Positions 19,018-29,405 of a DNA stretch of 49,880 nt are shown here, piece after piece (position 1 is the first letter of the stretch; every line of letters begins with the position of its first letter). The translations under genes were made by a program, and so were the position numbers. The DNA lies in contig JANNBC010000061.1 in assembly GCA_031385045.1 (NCBI GenBank), forward strand, positions 1 through 49,880, written 5' to 3'. Below the pieces are notes generated by a model. It did no database searches, was not told the origin of the DNA, and worked only from the letters and a program-made list of their open reading frames with translations. The stretch comes from a bacterium. GTDB lineage: Bacteria; Bdellovibrionota_C; UBA2361; CALJRW01.

Positions 19018-19599
19018 ATGAAAAATTTATTTAAATTAATTACAACTTTTTTTGTAATCTTATTTCTTACTGCTAGTTGTTCTATGGCGGAAACAGCTAA
19101 TCAGACTGAATACTCGGATACTTGGTTGCAGTCTAAGCTTGTGACTACTTACATCTTAAATCGTCATTTAAGCATCTTTGATATTGATACAGACGTGAAA
19201 GATCAAGTTGTAACGCTTGTTGGTGAAGTTGACTCTTCCATTGATAAAGACTTAGCTGGAGAAATTGCTAAATCAATTAAAGGTGTAAAAGGTGTGCAAA
19301 ATAACCTTACTGTGGCCACGAAGAAGGGGACACGAACTGTAGTCAATAAAAATGATGACGTAGAGCGATCTTTCGGTCAACAAATTGATGACATGACAAC
19401 AACTGCGGTTGTAAAAACTAAGCTTTTAGCAGAGGACAATGTTAGTGGATTAAATATTAATGTTGATACTCTGAATGGTCGCGTTACTCTTAATGGCGAA
19501 GTTACATCTTCTATCGAGAAAGATTTAGCAGAAAAACTAGCTGAAAATACTGATAATGTAAGAGCAGTAAAGAATTTGTTAAAAATTGTTAGCAAATAA
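19018..19599 (+). CDS. Dual BON-domain (OsmY-like) protein
   Basis: Two BON repeats (IDTDVKDQVVTLVGEV; INVDTLNGRVTLNGEV); signal peptide from ATG 19018 with GGAG RBS. Confidence 0.88.
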   Translation: MKNLFKLITTFFVILFLTASCSMAETANQTEYSDTWLQSKLVTTYILNRHLSIFDIDTDVKDQVVTLVGEVDSSIDKDLAGEIAKSIKGVKGVQNNLTVATKKGTRTVVNKNDDVERSFGQQIDDMTTTAVVKTKLLAEDNVSGLNINVDTLNGRVTLNGEVTSSIEKDLAEKLAENTDNVRAVKNLLKIVSK

Positions 19600-19625
19600 T
19601 AAAATATCAAGTAGGCAAATGCCAT

Positions 19626-19660
19626 TGCTCAGGTCTAATTTCATAGATTAGACCTGAGCA
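19626..19660. terminator. Hairpin between convergent genes
   Basis: TGCTCAGGTCTAAT / ATTAGACCTGAGCA perfect 14-bp stem. Confidence 0.7.
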
Positions 19661-19674
19661 GTTCTGTTGTAAGG

Positions 19675-20019
19675 TTATTTTTTTTGCATTTTCCCATTAG
19701 AGTTCTGCACGTAATTACCAGCAACAGTTTTTTCTATTGCCTTCTTGCCTGCTAAGGCTTCAACGGCGATTACTGTTGTGCCACTTGCTTCGGCAATTTT
19801 ATTATACTCTGCCTTCCTTTTAGTGTTTATATTGCTAACTAAGTTATTGATTTCTGTAGAAGCCTGTCCGTCAATAGGAGCTAAGTATCCATTTTGTAGT
19901 TCTCCTACTAGTCCTTGAGATTTTGCTGACTCAAGATCAATAGCCCAGACAGAACTAATAGGGGCCAATACAATTAATATTATTAGGAAGTACTTAGTAA
20001 GTAGATTTGAAAATTTCAT
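19675..20019 (-). CDS. ydbL: YdbL (DUF1318) family protein
   Basis: AKSQGLVGELQNGYL...INTKRKAEY; synteny with ynbE and ydbH. Confidence 0.85.
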   Translation of the reverse strand: MKFSNLLTKYFLIILIVLAPISSVWAIDLESAKSQGLVGELQNGYLAPIDGQASTEINNLVSNINTKRKAEYNKIAEASGTTVIAVEALAGKKAIEKTVAGNYVQNSNGKMQKK

Positions 20020-20044
20020 TATTACTCCAGTTAAAAATTTTTAT

Positions 20045-20257
20045 TTAAAATAAACCACTTTCCTCAGAAATTACATTATCAAGCTCACGATCTACTTTTA
20101 TTCTAACCTCATGATCGATTTTAATATTCATATTAATTTCAATCGGCTTAGAAGGGGCCATAACTTCAATTTTAGGAGAACAACCACTTAGAATAAAACC
20201 AGCAATTAGTATTAAGTAAGAAGAAAATTTAATTTTTGCTAAATTTGATTTATTCAC
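20045..20257 (-). CDS. ynbE: YnbE-family lipoprotein
   Basis: LSGCSPKIEVMAPSKPIEINMNIKIDHEVRIKVDRELD. Confidence 0.9.
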   Translation of the reverse strand: MNKSNLAKIKFSSYLILIAGFILSGCSPKIEVMAPSKPIEINMNIKIDHEVRIKVDRELDNVISEESGLF

Positions 20258-20316
20258 AATGTTATTCCCTGATCTTAAAATTAGGAGACTAAAAAACTAG
20301 TCTAGGTCTTGAGCAA

Positions 20317-22014
20317 CTATTTCTCAAGCATTTTTCGAATTTTGCTATCTATTCCAGAAATTGCCTGAATACTTCTAAGTAGAGCGGGTAAGTTTTCTTC
20401 GATATTTAGATTGACGTTTACATCTTGTTTGAAATTCAAATCAGGATTTCTACCATTAATCTTAAGCTCAATTTGTAATTTACCGTCGGGATTAAGGTCT
20501 AAATCAGCGCTCAGGTGGTTATAATGAAAATTTCTTAGGACTTTAGATGCAAATTGCAGATCGTTATTAGTAGAAGCCCCAAGTGTTTCATTGGAATTGT
20601 ATTTGATAAATCCTCCAGGAGCTCTGGCGGTTAAGTTACTTTTTTCGATTAAGGGACCCTCGCTTGTAAATACTAGAGGAATAATGCCATCAAGGACACC
20701 AGTTGCTTGGATATTTTTTTGTGGATAAATCTGAAGAACTTTTTCAATATTAATTTGATTAATTTGAAGCACTAAATTATTTTTTTTAGCTGAAGGAATA
20801 AAGCTAATTTGCTTGCTAGTAATATCACCGTCAAAAATATTTCCGCTTAAATTTTCAAGATTAATGTTAAGCCGGTCTTTATTTTGAGAAAAACTTAATT
20901 CTCCTTTAAGGTTACTTACTTCAGGTCCAAAAGATATTTTTTCAAGTGTAACTTTTTCTGGAGTAACACTCTTGACTCCACTTAGTAAGCTAAGCTGATG
21001 CTGGCCATTTAGTCCAGAGAAAATACTTTTTCCAGCGACCCCTGCCAAGTTATTCGCACTTAAATCTAGATTAAGCTGGACTAATTCATGCTGCCGAAGA
21101 GTGAAATCAAGATTAGTTTGAACATCGCCTGATGAAAAATTTATGGGAACTTTGATTTCCTTTAAGATTTGGTTAATAGCCAACCTTGCTTCTAGTGCGG
21201 AGCTTGGATCGGTTTTTAAACCAAGCTGTCCAGATTGTTCAAGGAGATTATAATTCCCAATTAATTCTGTTTTAACTATTTGAGGGAATTGTAAGATTCC
21301 CATACCGGATAGTGCTAACAAATTATTTTGGTAATTAGCTTCCAGATTCCAATTAGAATCTGGCAGAAAGGGAATACTTGTTGTGGAATGAGAAATTAGA
21401 TGAATCTTCGAATTAAAATTTTTTTCTGTAAGGCTAAAATCAAGAACGAGTTGCTCTAATAAATCGAGAGGGTCTTTTGAATCTAAATTTAAGTTTCCAG
21501 TTAAGGTTCGATCCTCTTTATTAATAGCTAAATTAGCTTGATATAAATATTTCTTTAAATTGGGAGTTTCTAGGCTAACTAAAAGATTATTAATTGAGGC
21601 ATAGTTAAGAGGAAAAATGTCTGGATTAATAAGGAAGTTGGAAGAGGTGGAACTCTTCGTTGAATTAGACTTTGTTTGTTGATCTATTAATTTAATATCA
21701 ATGCTCCCAGCTTCTATTGTTATTCCAGTTAACTTTTTCCTTAATAAGGAGGAGAGAGAATAGTGGAGAGTAACTTCTTGGAACTTTAAACTTACATCCT
21801 TCGTTGGTAACTTTAGAACTAGTTTTAGTGTCGGAACTTTTAATGAAAAGAATCCCGGGCGTAGCGTCAATATTTCCACATCTTGAAAGTTTGCTATTCT
21901 TAATTGTGATTTAGCAATCTGAGAAATTAAATTTCCCGAAAAATAGAAACCGATAGCAACAATCAATAGGACAGTAGTAACTAGGTAGTAGAATATTTTG
22001 ATTGGATATCGCAT
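20317..22014 (-). CDS. ydbH: YdbH-family intermembrane bridge-like protein
   Basis: N-terminal TM; C-terminal LRNFHYNHL...GRNPD...VNLNIEENLPALLRS; operon with ynbE-ydbL. Confidence 0.8.
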   Translation of the reverse strand: MRYPIKIFYYLVTTVLLIVAIGFYFSGNLISQIAKSQLRIANFQDVEILTLRPGFFSLKVPTLKLVLKLPTKDVSLKFQEVTLHYSLSSLLRKKLTGITIEAGSIDIKLIDQQTKSNSTKSSTSSNFLINPDIFPLNYASINNLLVSLETPNLKKYLYQANLAINKEDRTLTGNLNLDSKDPLDLLEQLVLDFSLTEKNFNSKIHLISHSTTSIPFLPDSNWNLEANYQNNLLALSGMGILQFPQIVKTELIGNYNLLEQSGQLGLKTDPSSALEARLAINQILKEIKVPINFSSGDVQTNLDFTLRQHELVQLNLDLSANNLAGVAGKSIFSGLNGQHQLSLLSGVKSVTPEKVTLEKISFGPEVSNLKGELSFSQNKDRLNINLENLSGNIFDGDITSKQISFIPSAKKNNLVLQINQINIEKVLQIYPQKNIQATGVLDGIIPLVFTSEGPLIEKSNLTARAPGGFIKYNSNETLGASTNNDLQFASKVLRNFHYNHLSADLDLNPDGKLQIELKINGRNPDLNFKQDVNVNLNIEENLPALLRSIQAISGIDSKIRKMLEK

Positions 22015-22142
22015 TAACTTAATTAAAATCTGGCAGAGTGGCGAGAAGCGTTTCCGATATTTTTAACTTAGATTTAGAGCATAGCACGTTTTAGTGTTTT
22101 TTCATGCTATGCCCATAACGCCTTGCTTTAGCTTGTTGCTTA

Positions 22143-22167
22143 AGTCGGCCAGAGGGCTAGGCCGACT
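22143..22167 (-). terminator. Hairpin downstream of the ArsR operon
   Basis: AGTCGGCC / GGCCGACT stem. Confidence 0.5.
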
Positions 22168-22172
22168 ATTAA

Positions 22173-22700
22173 TTAAGATGTTTTACGTAACTTAAAAACG
22201 GACGAATGTCCTTCTTTCCCAGGCTGAGCCATTGACCATTTTTGTTCGATTGAATTAGAACTGATGAATGTCAGATGAAGACTACTCATGTGCGGTTCTT
22301 CCTTAAGGTCTTTTACGTTTGTTTCAAATATTAGCTGATCGGCAGTCTCTTTTTTTAATTCCATCACAGGATGATTCCCAAGGGAGCAATAGTGGGTCAT
22401 AGATAACTGGCCTCCTTGATCATAGTAGATACTTGTCATCTCTTGCGACGTCCCTGGAAATAATGTTTCCACAACGGCACTTCCTCCAGAGGTTAGATGA
22501 TACCTGACTTCCATTTTTCCATCTCCCATATCAGCACCACTGCCTTCCCATGTTCCAACTAATTGTTTCATTTTATTAAGTGCTGCTGAAGTTTTTATTG
22601 ATGGCATTTCGTGTGAATCTGCCAAGGCAATTGTTGCTGTGATGAGCAACGCGCATGTAACCCCTAGATAGTTAATAATGAATTTCATAATCCTCTCCAT
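22173..22700 (-). CDS. Exported hypothetical beta-barrel-like protein
   Basis: Signal peptide; LVGTWEG...THYCSLGNHP. Confidence 0.65.
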   Translation of the reverse strand: MERIMKFIINYLGVTCALLITATIALADSHEMPSIKTSAALNKMKQLVGTWEGSGADMGDGKMEVRYHLTSGGSAVVETLFPGTSQEMTSIYYDQGGQLSMTHYCSLGNHPVMELKKETADQLIFETNVKDLKEEPHMSSLHLTFISSNSIEQKWSMAQPGKEGHSSVFKLRKTS

Positions 22701-23174
22701 TTATTCTAAATAATTTGCCAAATTCGCCAAACATCCTTCCCAACCACCGGAATGTTTTTCTCTTAAGTCTTCTGTGTCTAGAAGTTCATGGGTCAGTGTA
22801 AGTTCTGTTGAGTCACCAAGATCTTGTAACTCAATTGTTACCCTTGAGTTAGTAACTAAATGAGAACTCCAAGTAAAAACTATTTTTTCTGGTGGAATAA
22901 TTTCTAGATATTCACCTGTGTGGATATAAGTATTATTTTCCATTACTGTGCAGGAACTTTGGTGTTCACCTTCTTCGGGATTAAAGATCATTGTATTTTT
23001 AAAGCTTCCACCTAAACGAAAATCATTGGTAACTATGGCTTTTCCATCTCCGGGAATGAACCACTCGCTCATTACCTCAGGATTCGTCCAAGCCGCAAAT
23101 ACTCTATCTCTTTTTGCGCGTATGACGCGTTTGATCATTAGTTTTGGCGGAATGTTTTTTCTTTTTGTTTCCAT
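22701..23174 (-). CDS. SRPBCC/AHA1-domain protein
   Basis: RVFAAWTNPE..W; GEYLEIIPPEKIVFTW; HSGGW. Confidence 0.88.
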   Translation of the reverse strand: METKRKNIPPKLMIKRVIRAKRDRVFAAWTNPEVMSEWFIPGDGKAIVTNDFRLGGSFKNTMIFNPEEGEHQSSCTVMENNTYIHTGEYLEIIPPEKIVFTWSSHLVTNSRVTIELQDLGDSTELTLTHELLDTEDLREKHSGGWEGCLANLANYLE

Positions 23175-23520
23175 TTTCTTTCTCTTGATTATCTAAGTTA
23201 ATAGCTAAATATTTTTCTAAAGAATCAAGTTGTTGATTCCAGTATTTTCCTAAATCTTCTAAGAGCTCCATTACTTCATTTAAAGGCTCCAGCGTTGCTC
23301 GGCAGGTAATTGTTCTTCCTGATTTTCTTTTCTTTAAAAAATTTGCTCGCTCCAGTACTTGTAAGTGTTTAGAAACCGCTGCGAGCGACATATTAAATGG
23401 CTCGGCAATTTCACTCACTGTTGTTTCACCTCTCACGATGCGTGCTAAGATTGCGCGCCTAGTCGGATCGGAAAGTGCATATAATGACCAGTCTAAGGTA
23501 TCGGAAGAATAGTTAACCAT
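23104..23520 (-). CDS. ArsR/SmtB-family regulator
   Basis: ALSDPTRRAIL...SLAAVSKHLQVLERA. Confidence 0.92.
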   Translation of the reverse strand: MVNYSSDTLDWSLYALSDPTRRAILARIVRGETTVSEIAEPFNMSLAAVSKHLQVLERANFLKKRKSGRTITCRATLEPLNEVMELLEDLGKYWNQQLDSLEKYLAINLDNQEKENGNKKKKHSAKTNDQTRHTRKKR

Positions 23521-23572
23521 ATGATTGATTATCTCAGCTTTAAGTTAAATAGTCAACCACTTGGTTAATTAT
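23509..23572. promoter_or_regulatory. Tandem imperfect palindromes, probable ArsR autoregulatory operators
   Basis: ATAGTTAACCATATGATTGATTAT (23509-23532) and ATAGTCAACCACTTGGTTAATTAT (23549-23572), overlapping and preceding the start codon. Confidence 0.6.
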
Positions 23573-23715
23573 TATTAGATGCCGGGAAAATGCCAAATTT
23601 AAGGCATAAAGGCTTATAATCAAATTAATTTCATTTAAAAGCTCAGTGGAATCAAACCAGCACACACCATGGATAAGACTGTTAATAACATTCAGTAATT
23701 ATAATTACTTCATAA

Positions 23716-24792
23716 ATGCAGTTACATTCTCAGCCAATTACTACTGAAGAAACAGCTAAGCTTCCAAAGGCTACGGGATTACTTGCGCGTTCTACAAGTT
23801 TAGTAATGTTAATTGCAAGTCTTGCTTCTTGTGAGATGAATCCAAGTGTTACTAAAAATCCAGATTCAAAGAATAATGAACCTGAAGAAACTAAGTCTTG
23901 CTGTTCTAAGTCAAAGACTTGTGAGGCTCCAAAAGAATTATCATATGAGGATCTAACTGCTAGTGATGCAAAGATTAAAATTACTAAATCAGCAAATCCT
24001 CCAGCAATGACGGATATGGTTTTAATTCCTGCAAAGACCGTAATGCTAGGTGGTGGTCGCGAAGACACTGCTCCGTTACGTGAAGTTTCTGTTCCAGCAT
24101 TCCTAATAAGTAAAACTGAAACAACAAACAAGGATTTTGCCAAATTTATTACTGAGACTGGTTATGTAACCGTTGCCGAGCGACCTTGGGAGGGAAACCC
24201 AGCGGCTTCATTAGTTTTTGTAGCACCCCAAGAATATAATGCTAAGCGTGGCTCTTCTCAGTGGTGGAAGTTAGTTAAAGGTGCTAATTGGAAACAGCCG
24301 GAAGGCCCAGGTTCAAATTTAGTTGGTAGAGAGGATTTGCCAGTTGTTCATGTAACTTTAGAAGATGCTCTAGCCTATGCTAAATGGGCTGGGCGTGAAA
24401 TTCCAACAGAGGCACAGTTTCGTTCTGCTGGAACGTTGACCAATTCTGAAATGGCAAATAATAGTAAGCCAGATCCCAAAGAAGTAAATTATTATCAAGG
24501 ACATTTTCCACTTAAAGATTTAGCCGAAGATGGACATGCTGGGCTAGCGAAAGTTGGATCTTACAAGCCCAATGTCAACGGTCTTTATGATTTAGCCGGA
24601 AATGCTTGGGAGTTAACTAAGACTTATTACAGTAGTGATAAAGCCTTTGTGGTGATCGCTGGTGGTTCATTCTTATGTTCTTGGGAAGGAGATTTCACTT
24701 GTACTAATGCTTCGCCATTTGGCCGGACTTCTCAGGATGTTATTTCTAGTTCTAACCATGTGACATTTAGAACTGTGTCAGCAAAAGAGTAG
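23716..24792 (+). CDS. Formylglycine-generating enzyme (SUMF1/FGE-sulfatase) family protein
   Basis: ANWKQPEGP, PVVHVT..DA.AYAKWAG..IPTEAQ, NGLYDLAGNAWE and GGSFLC. Confidence 0.88.
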   Translation: MQLHSQPITTEETAKLPKATGLLARSTSLVMLIASLASCEMNPSVTKNPDSKNNEPEETKSCCSKSKTCEAPKELSYEDLTASDAKIKITKSANPPAMTDMVLIPAKTVMLGGGREDTAPLREVSVPAFLISKTETTNKDFAKFITETGYVTVAERPWEGNPAASLVFVAPQEYNAKRGSSQWWKLVKGANWKQPEGPGSNLVGREDLPVVHVTLEDALAYAKWAGREIPTEAQFRSAGTLTNSEMANNSKPDPKEVNYYQGHFPLKDLAEDGHAGLAKVGSYKPNVNGLYDLAGNAWELTKTYYSSDKAFVVIAGGSFLCSWEGDFTCTNASPFGRTSQDVISSSNHVTFRTVSAKE

Positions 24793-24820
24793 ATCTCCTA
24801 GAAGCTTTTTATTTAACTTT

Positions 24821-25804
24821 CTACTTATCACTAGCAACCCGGTAGAATCTTCTCGCAATTTTTTCCCGAGTATCGATAAAGACAAAAGCTTCACTGGTTA
24901 AGTAGCTAGTAAAAGTATTTTGCCAGCTAGTCGAACCATCAGAACTTTGAATGGTAAACTTCTTACCTTTTGGACCCGAGATTGTTAGTAGGGGATACTG
25001 TCTTACAGGTTCTATTTGAATTTTTGCAGTCAGGGACCCAGAAGTATTTAGTACTTCTGGTGTGGAAAAGCTTGTAACTAAAACAGGACTTAAGCTTCGT
25101 GCTAATAGAGGGCTACTACCAACGACTCCATTGCTACTTATTACTGGTAAGTTTGTTAGTGCACTTTCTAGTCCGGTCTTTGGATCTACTAAAGAAATAG
25201 AAAAATAATATTGGCTTGGTGTTCTCTTACTGAGTCCTGAAATAGTAATGGCGTGATCGCTGGCTGGAACTTCATACTTTTGAATACCTTGTCCTAGCTG
25301 AGTTCCAACATAAATCCGTGTTATTAAGTTAGGTACGGCAGTCCAGTTAATTGTGACTTCTCCTAAGTTTTGACTTTGGATCGCTAGGCCAGTTGGTTTG
25401 TTTGGTACTATGTATGGAGTTTGTATTGGTAGAGGTTCTGATAAAGGACTTTCTTTGTTGCTAGAATTATAAGCTCTAACAACCACAAATACTAATTGCC
25501 CATCAGGTAGATTTTGTAAGTTAGCGTCAATATTATTCCCAACATCCAGCCCGTAGGGATATGTGCCCAATTTAGTTCCCCAGAGAACTTTATAGCCGGT
25601 AATATTTGCCTCAGGATTTCGGTCCCAAGTTACTGAGGCATTCCCAGCTTTTGATTGAGCTAGGTGACAAACTACAATAACTGACGCTAGCGACATCGAC
25701 TTTTGAAGGTAGGCCACTGGGGAGTATTTTGGTAGTCCTTTATCCAAAGCTAAATCAACTGCCAGTGGCAATCCGGAATTGGATATCGTTGTTTGGTTAT
25801 TCAT
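24821..25804 (-). CDS. Fibronectin type III domain protein
   Basis: VTWDRNPEANITGYKVLWG...VRAYN...ES plus a second FN3-like unit; C-terminal RRFYRV. Confidence 0.75.
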   Translation of the reverse strand: MNNQTTISNSGLPLAVDLALDKGLPKYSPVAYLQKSMSLASVIVVCHLAQSKAGNASVTWDRNPEANITGYKVLWGTKLGTYPYGLDVGNNIDANLQNLPDGQLVFVVVRAYNSSNKESPLSEPLPIQTPYIVPNKPTGLAIQSQNLGEVTINWTAVPNLITRIYVGTQLGQGIQKYEVPASDHAITISGLSKRTPSQYYFSISLVDPKTGLESALTNLPVISSNGVVGSSPLLARSLSPVLVTSFSTPEVLNTSGSLTAKIQIEPVRQYPLLTISGPKGKKFTIQSSDGSTSWQNTFTSYLTSEAFVFIDTREKIARRFYRVASDK

Positions 25805-25806
25805 GG

Positions 25807-27588
25807 TTAGTTTATTCCTTTAATATTTGGAAGCGCATCAGATTTAGGATCTTTTTTGATAGTGAACTTAATAGCAGAGCTAAACTTACTCTTAGTTTTC
25901 TTTTTCTCATTAATCAGCTGATAGCGCAATTGATAGGTGCCTTTTGGAAGAAATCTAATTTTACTATTAGGTTTTTTTGTTACAAAGAAGAATGTCTCTT
26001 TTGTTTTAGTGTTAACAATCTTTAATTTAAATTTTAAATTCTTTGCTTCCAGATCTATCAGGTTAATATTAATAACTTGTTTATTTAGGGTCACAATTGG
26101 AGCTGGCAAACTTCCATCCCCAGTTTTGTTAAAACAATCTGGAATATTATCTAAGGCTTCGTCTGCGTCAGATATCCCACACCCACAGATTTGAGGTGTG
26201 GTTTTTGCAGGATCGGTCGCACATTGATCATTACAGTCTGGAGTACCATCCTGATCTTGATCGGAATCAGCAGTGCCACAACCACAGGTCCCAGGATTAG
26301 TTTTTAAGGAATCTTCTGGGCAAAGATCTTTAGTTGTCGTATAAATTTGAAAAATGGAATCAGAATCTGGCAAGCTATAAGCGATATTATTTCCGTCTGG
26401 GCTAAGACATGGCTCATCACTAGATTGATTTGCAAGAATATTTAATTCATTCGCTAGTCGATCAAAAACAAAAGTTCCACCATTGGGGGAAGTCTCAACT
26501 AGATTGCTAGCAGGAGAATAGAAAAGGATTGAATTTGCATCGGCACTGATTTGTAAATAATCAGCGTAGTTGTTAGAGCTAACACCTGCAATATTTTTGG
26601 AGACAAGACTTGTTGTTTGGTTTAGTCGATCTCTTAGGTATAACTTATCTGGGTAGCTATCAAGGTCGGTATCTAGTCCAAACCCAACAAAGCGTCCATC
26701 GGCTGAAATAGAATTAGGACCCATGGCAATTGGAACATCAGTGCCAGCAAAACTATCACCCACTGGTGGGAGATTGATTATTTCTCTGAAGCCAGTAGCA
26801 ATTTCTTGAACGAAGATATCCGCTTTGGCATTATTGTCTCCTGCAATTAAATTAGAAGCGTAAGATCCAAAGACCACAAACTGACCATCTCCAGAGATTG
26901 CCGGACTTCCCACAAAGCTTGAACCATTAGGAGTTCCTCCAGTCGTTGAAGTTGTTAAGCGAGTAATTGAATCATCCTCAAAATCTTTTAAATAAATATC
27001 AGAGTAAACATCACTATCAGTAGTTACTAAGTTAGATGCTAAAGTTAAAAAGACAACTCTTTGTCCGTCATCTGAAATGTCTGGATAGTAAGAGTCGTTA
27101 TCACCTTCGGCTAGGCTGGTATTTACTGCTCCCAGGCTAACTTTTCTGATCGCAGTTGGTGCTTGGCGATCAGAAATGAAAACATCAATTTTATTATTTG
27201 TATCTTCTGTGACTAAGTTAGTTGCCAAAGAGTGAAACACTACAAATCTTCCATCACCGGAGAGGGAAGCAAATTCGCTGTTTTGATTGCCGGCAGTAGT
27301 ATTTACTGGATTGCTACTAATTAACTCTGTAGTTTGATTATTAAGGTCTCTTAGAAAAACTTGGCGAATGCTAGTGGGAGTTGATGGAATTACAAGGTTT
27401 GTAGCAAGAGAATCAAAGGCTACTAAGTTGCCATCAGAATTCATTTGGCAACGAGTACTAAAGCCATTTCCGTTTGTATCGATGGGGGAAATACTTACTA
27501 GCTCTGGAGCAGTAAAGATAGTTTCAGCCTGTAATATATTTATAACAAAAATATTACAGCTGATCAGAATACAGATTAAGTATTTCAT
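25807..27588 (-). CDS. Secreted TolB/PD40-type beta-propeller with thrombospondin-type-3-like Ca-binding repeats
   Basis: Repeated SGDGRFVVF.S.A.NL units; DLCPED..KT.PG.CGCG..D.D.D.DGTPDC repeats. Confidence 0.82.
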   Translation of the reverse strand: MKYLICILISCNIFVINILQAETIFTAPELVSISPIDTNGNGFSTRCQMNSDGNLVAFDSLATNLVIPSTPTSIRQVFLRDLNNQTTELISSNPVNTTAGNQNSEFASLSGDGRFVVFHSLATNLVTEDTNNKIDVFISDRQAPTAIRKVSLGAVNTSLAEGDNDSYYPDISDDGQRVVFLTLASNLVTTDSDVYSDIYLKDFEDDSITRLTTSTTGGTPNGSSFVGSPAISGDGQFVVFGSYASNLIAGDNNAKADIFVQEIATGFREIINLPPVGDSFAGTDVPIAMGPNSISADGRFVGFGLDTDLDSYPDKLYLRDRLNQTTSLVSKNIAGVSSNNYADYLQISADANSILFYSPASNLVETSPNGGTFVFDRLANELNILANQSSDEPCLSPDGNNIAYSLPDSDSIFQIYTTTKDLCPEDSLKTNPGTCGCGTADSDQDQDGTPDCNDQCATDPAKTTPQICGCGISDADEALDNIPDCFNKTGDGSLPAPIVTLNKQVININLIDLEAKNLKFKLKIVNTKTKETFFFVTKKPNSKIRFLPKGTYQLRYQLINEKKKTKSKFSSAIKFTIKKDPKSDALPNIKGIN

Positions 27589-27766
27589 GTGTTTTTAATT
27601 AAATTGGAGTCTTAAGAATGTTCTTACAAATTGGTAGAATCTGATTTCTGGATGAGAAGATACAACTTCTTTGATGGTAAAATTATACCTTTATTTATCC
27701 TTTGAAACAAGCAAAGTAGGCAATAGTCTCTGGCGATAAAATTGCTTGTAAGATAGAGTTTGGCTT

Positions 27767-28651
27767 ATGGAAAACATGAATAAATCCACAATCAAAATCT
27801 TAATTTCTTTAGTATTCTTAGTTCTTGGAAATGGAGTAGAAGCCGAGACTCTAAACCCACTTTATGGTCGTGCTCCCTACGCAATTTTAGACCCAAATTT
27901 TTCATGTACTGCCTATACTGCTAGTACTCAAGGAATTGGTGACTATGGCATCGCCTTTTTGTGGAATACATTTGGAAATGATTTTACTTGTTTAAATCAA
28001 GAATTAATTAATACCAGAGTAAAACTTGTGGAAGCACACTTAATTAATGGTCCCTGTTTGCGCAATCAAAATTGTGGAAATTATGAGATTTTATATGGTT
28101 ATACAGTTGATAGTTTAAAGCATGCGCTTCAAATTGACGACCCTGATTTAAAGCAGAAGATCCAAATCGCTGCCCAAAATCTTGCTGATTATTTACTGCC
28201 AAAATTAGGGACGGATGTCGCTTGTTATATTAATCCAATCTTAGAAACTAATCTGCAACCTAAAGGAACTGAGAAAATCCAAACATGGATTGCGCCAATT
28301 TTTAATGGTCGTTGTAATTTTGTTTGGAATCCAGAAGGTTCTGATCCTGGAGTGCCAATCCCTGGTACTACGGTTAGCGAAGGGCATGGGCAGTTTCCTA
28401 CATTTGCTAATAATGATTGCATTGCAGATCCTGATGGTTCAGTCATTAGTAGTGTTGAAGATTGGAAAAAATATTTTCTAGCTAATAAAAATTGCGTAGC
28501 TGTGTTTGGTTGGACGGAGAATGATAATTGCGTTGTGCCAAACCAAGCTTGGATAGATCCTCGTGCCAGAAGTTGTGCGGTTACTAGTCAGTTTTTAAAT
28601 GTTCAGCAGGGGATAATTGCTGCTAAAAACAGTGGTACTGCTAGTCATTAA
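27767..28651 (+). CDS. Secreted Cys-rich hypothetical protein
   Basis: 294-aa ORF with signal peptide. Confidence 0.7.
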   Translation: MENMNKSTIKILISLVFLVLGNGVEAETLNPLYGRAPYAILDPNFSCTAYTASTQGIGDYGIAFLWNTFGNDFTCLNQELINTRVKLVEAHLINGPCLRNQNCGNYEILYGYTVDSLKHALQIDDPDLKQKIQIAAQNLADYLLPKLGTDVACYINPILETNLQPKGTEKIQTWIAPIFNGRCNFVWNPEGSDPGVPIPGTTVSEGHGQFPTFANNDCIADPDGSVISSVEDWKKYFLANKNCVAVFGWTENDNCVVPNQAWIDPRARSCAVTSQFLNVQQGIIAAKNSGTASH

Positions 28652-28759
28652 GACTTAAGCCGAGTCGAAGATGCCTTGATCTAAAGAGCTTTGCATGCTT
28701 TTCGTGATAATCTTTAGCGATTTTCTTGATTAAGAACAAAAAAAGATTACCATTCTTAA

Positions 28760-29395
28760 ATGGTAGAAGTTGAATATGATCCACTAAATCGAAGCCTTGA
28801 TGACTTAAGGGCAGTCCAAGATCTGATTAATCAGGCAACGAGCGAGCTCTCTCAGATCTTTAGTAAAAAATTACAGACCCTAAGCCAGTTTAGTTCCGAT
28901 AAATTTACTGAAATTGCCCCGAAGTATATTGAGACAGTTCGTGAATTTCAGCGAGTCGTAGAAGAAGACTCTAAGGCTGCACCAGAATCCGATGAAGCCA
29001 AGGCTTACTACCGAAAGATTGCTCAAGCAACGCATCCTGATCGAACTATTAGTTTATCTCCAAATGAAAGCTTAAAAAGAGAGGGTATTTTTAAAGAAGC
29101 AAGCGAGGCCTACAATAAAGGTGATATTCTTACACTACAAATGTTTCTTTTGGTGACAGGAAATGATCTGTTGCAACAATCCGAGTTATTTCAAAAGATC
29201 TCAACTAAGGCCTATGATCAATTAGTTGATCGAGCGGCTAGTATTCTGGAGCACGCTGGTCGGATACATAGCATGCCACTTCATGAATTTTTTCTCTTGA
29301 TTGAAAGATCCATTTTACAGATGGAAGGGGAGATTGCTAAAAGGTCATTAAATCCTTTGACTCATAGCTATCTGATTGCACCAGCGACACCATAA
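28760..29395 (+). CDS. Coiled-coil protein with an internal J-domain-like segment
   Basis: KAYYRKIAQATHPDR...FKEASEAY (HPD motif). Confidence 0.7.
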   Translation: MVEVEYDPLNRSLDDLRAVQDLINQATSELSQIFSKKLQTLSQFSSDKFTEIAPKYIETVREFQRVVEEDSKAAPESDEAKAYYRKIAQATHPDRTISLSPNESLKREGIFKEASEAYNKGDILTLQMFLLVTGNDLLQQSELFQKISTKAYDQLVDRAASILEHAGRIHSMPLHEFFLLIERSILQMEGEIAKRSLNPLTHSYLIAPATP

Positions 29396-29405
29396 GTATC
29401 AAAGA

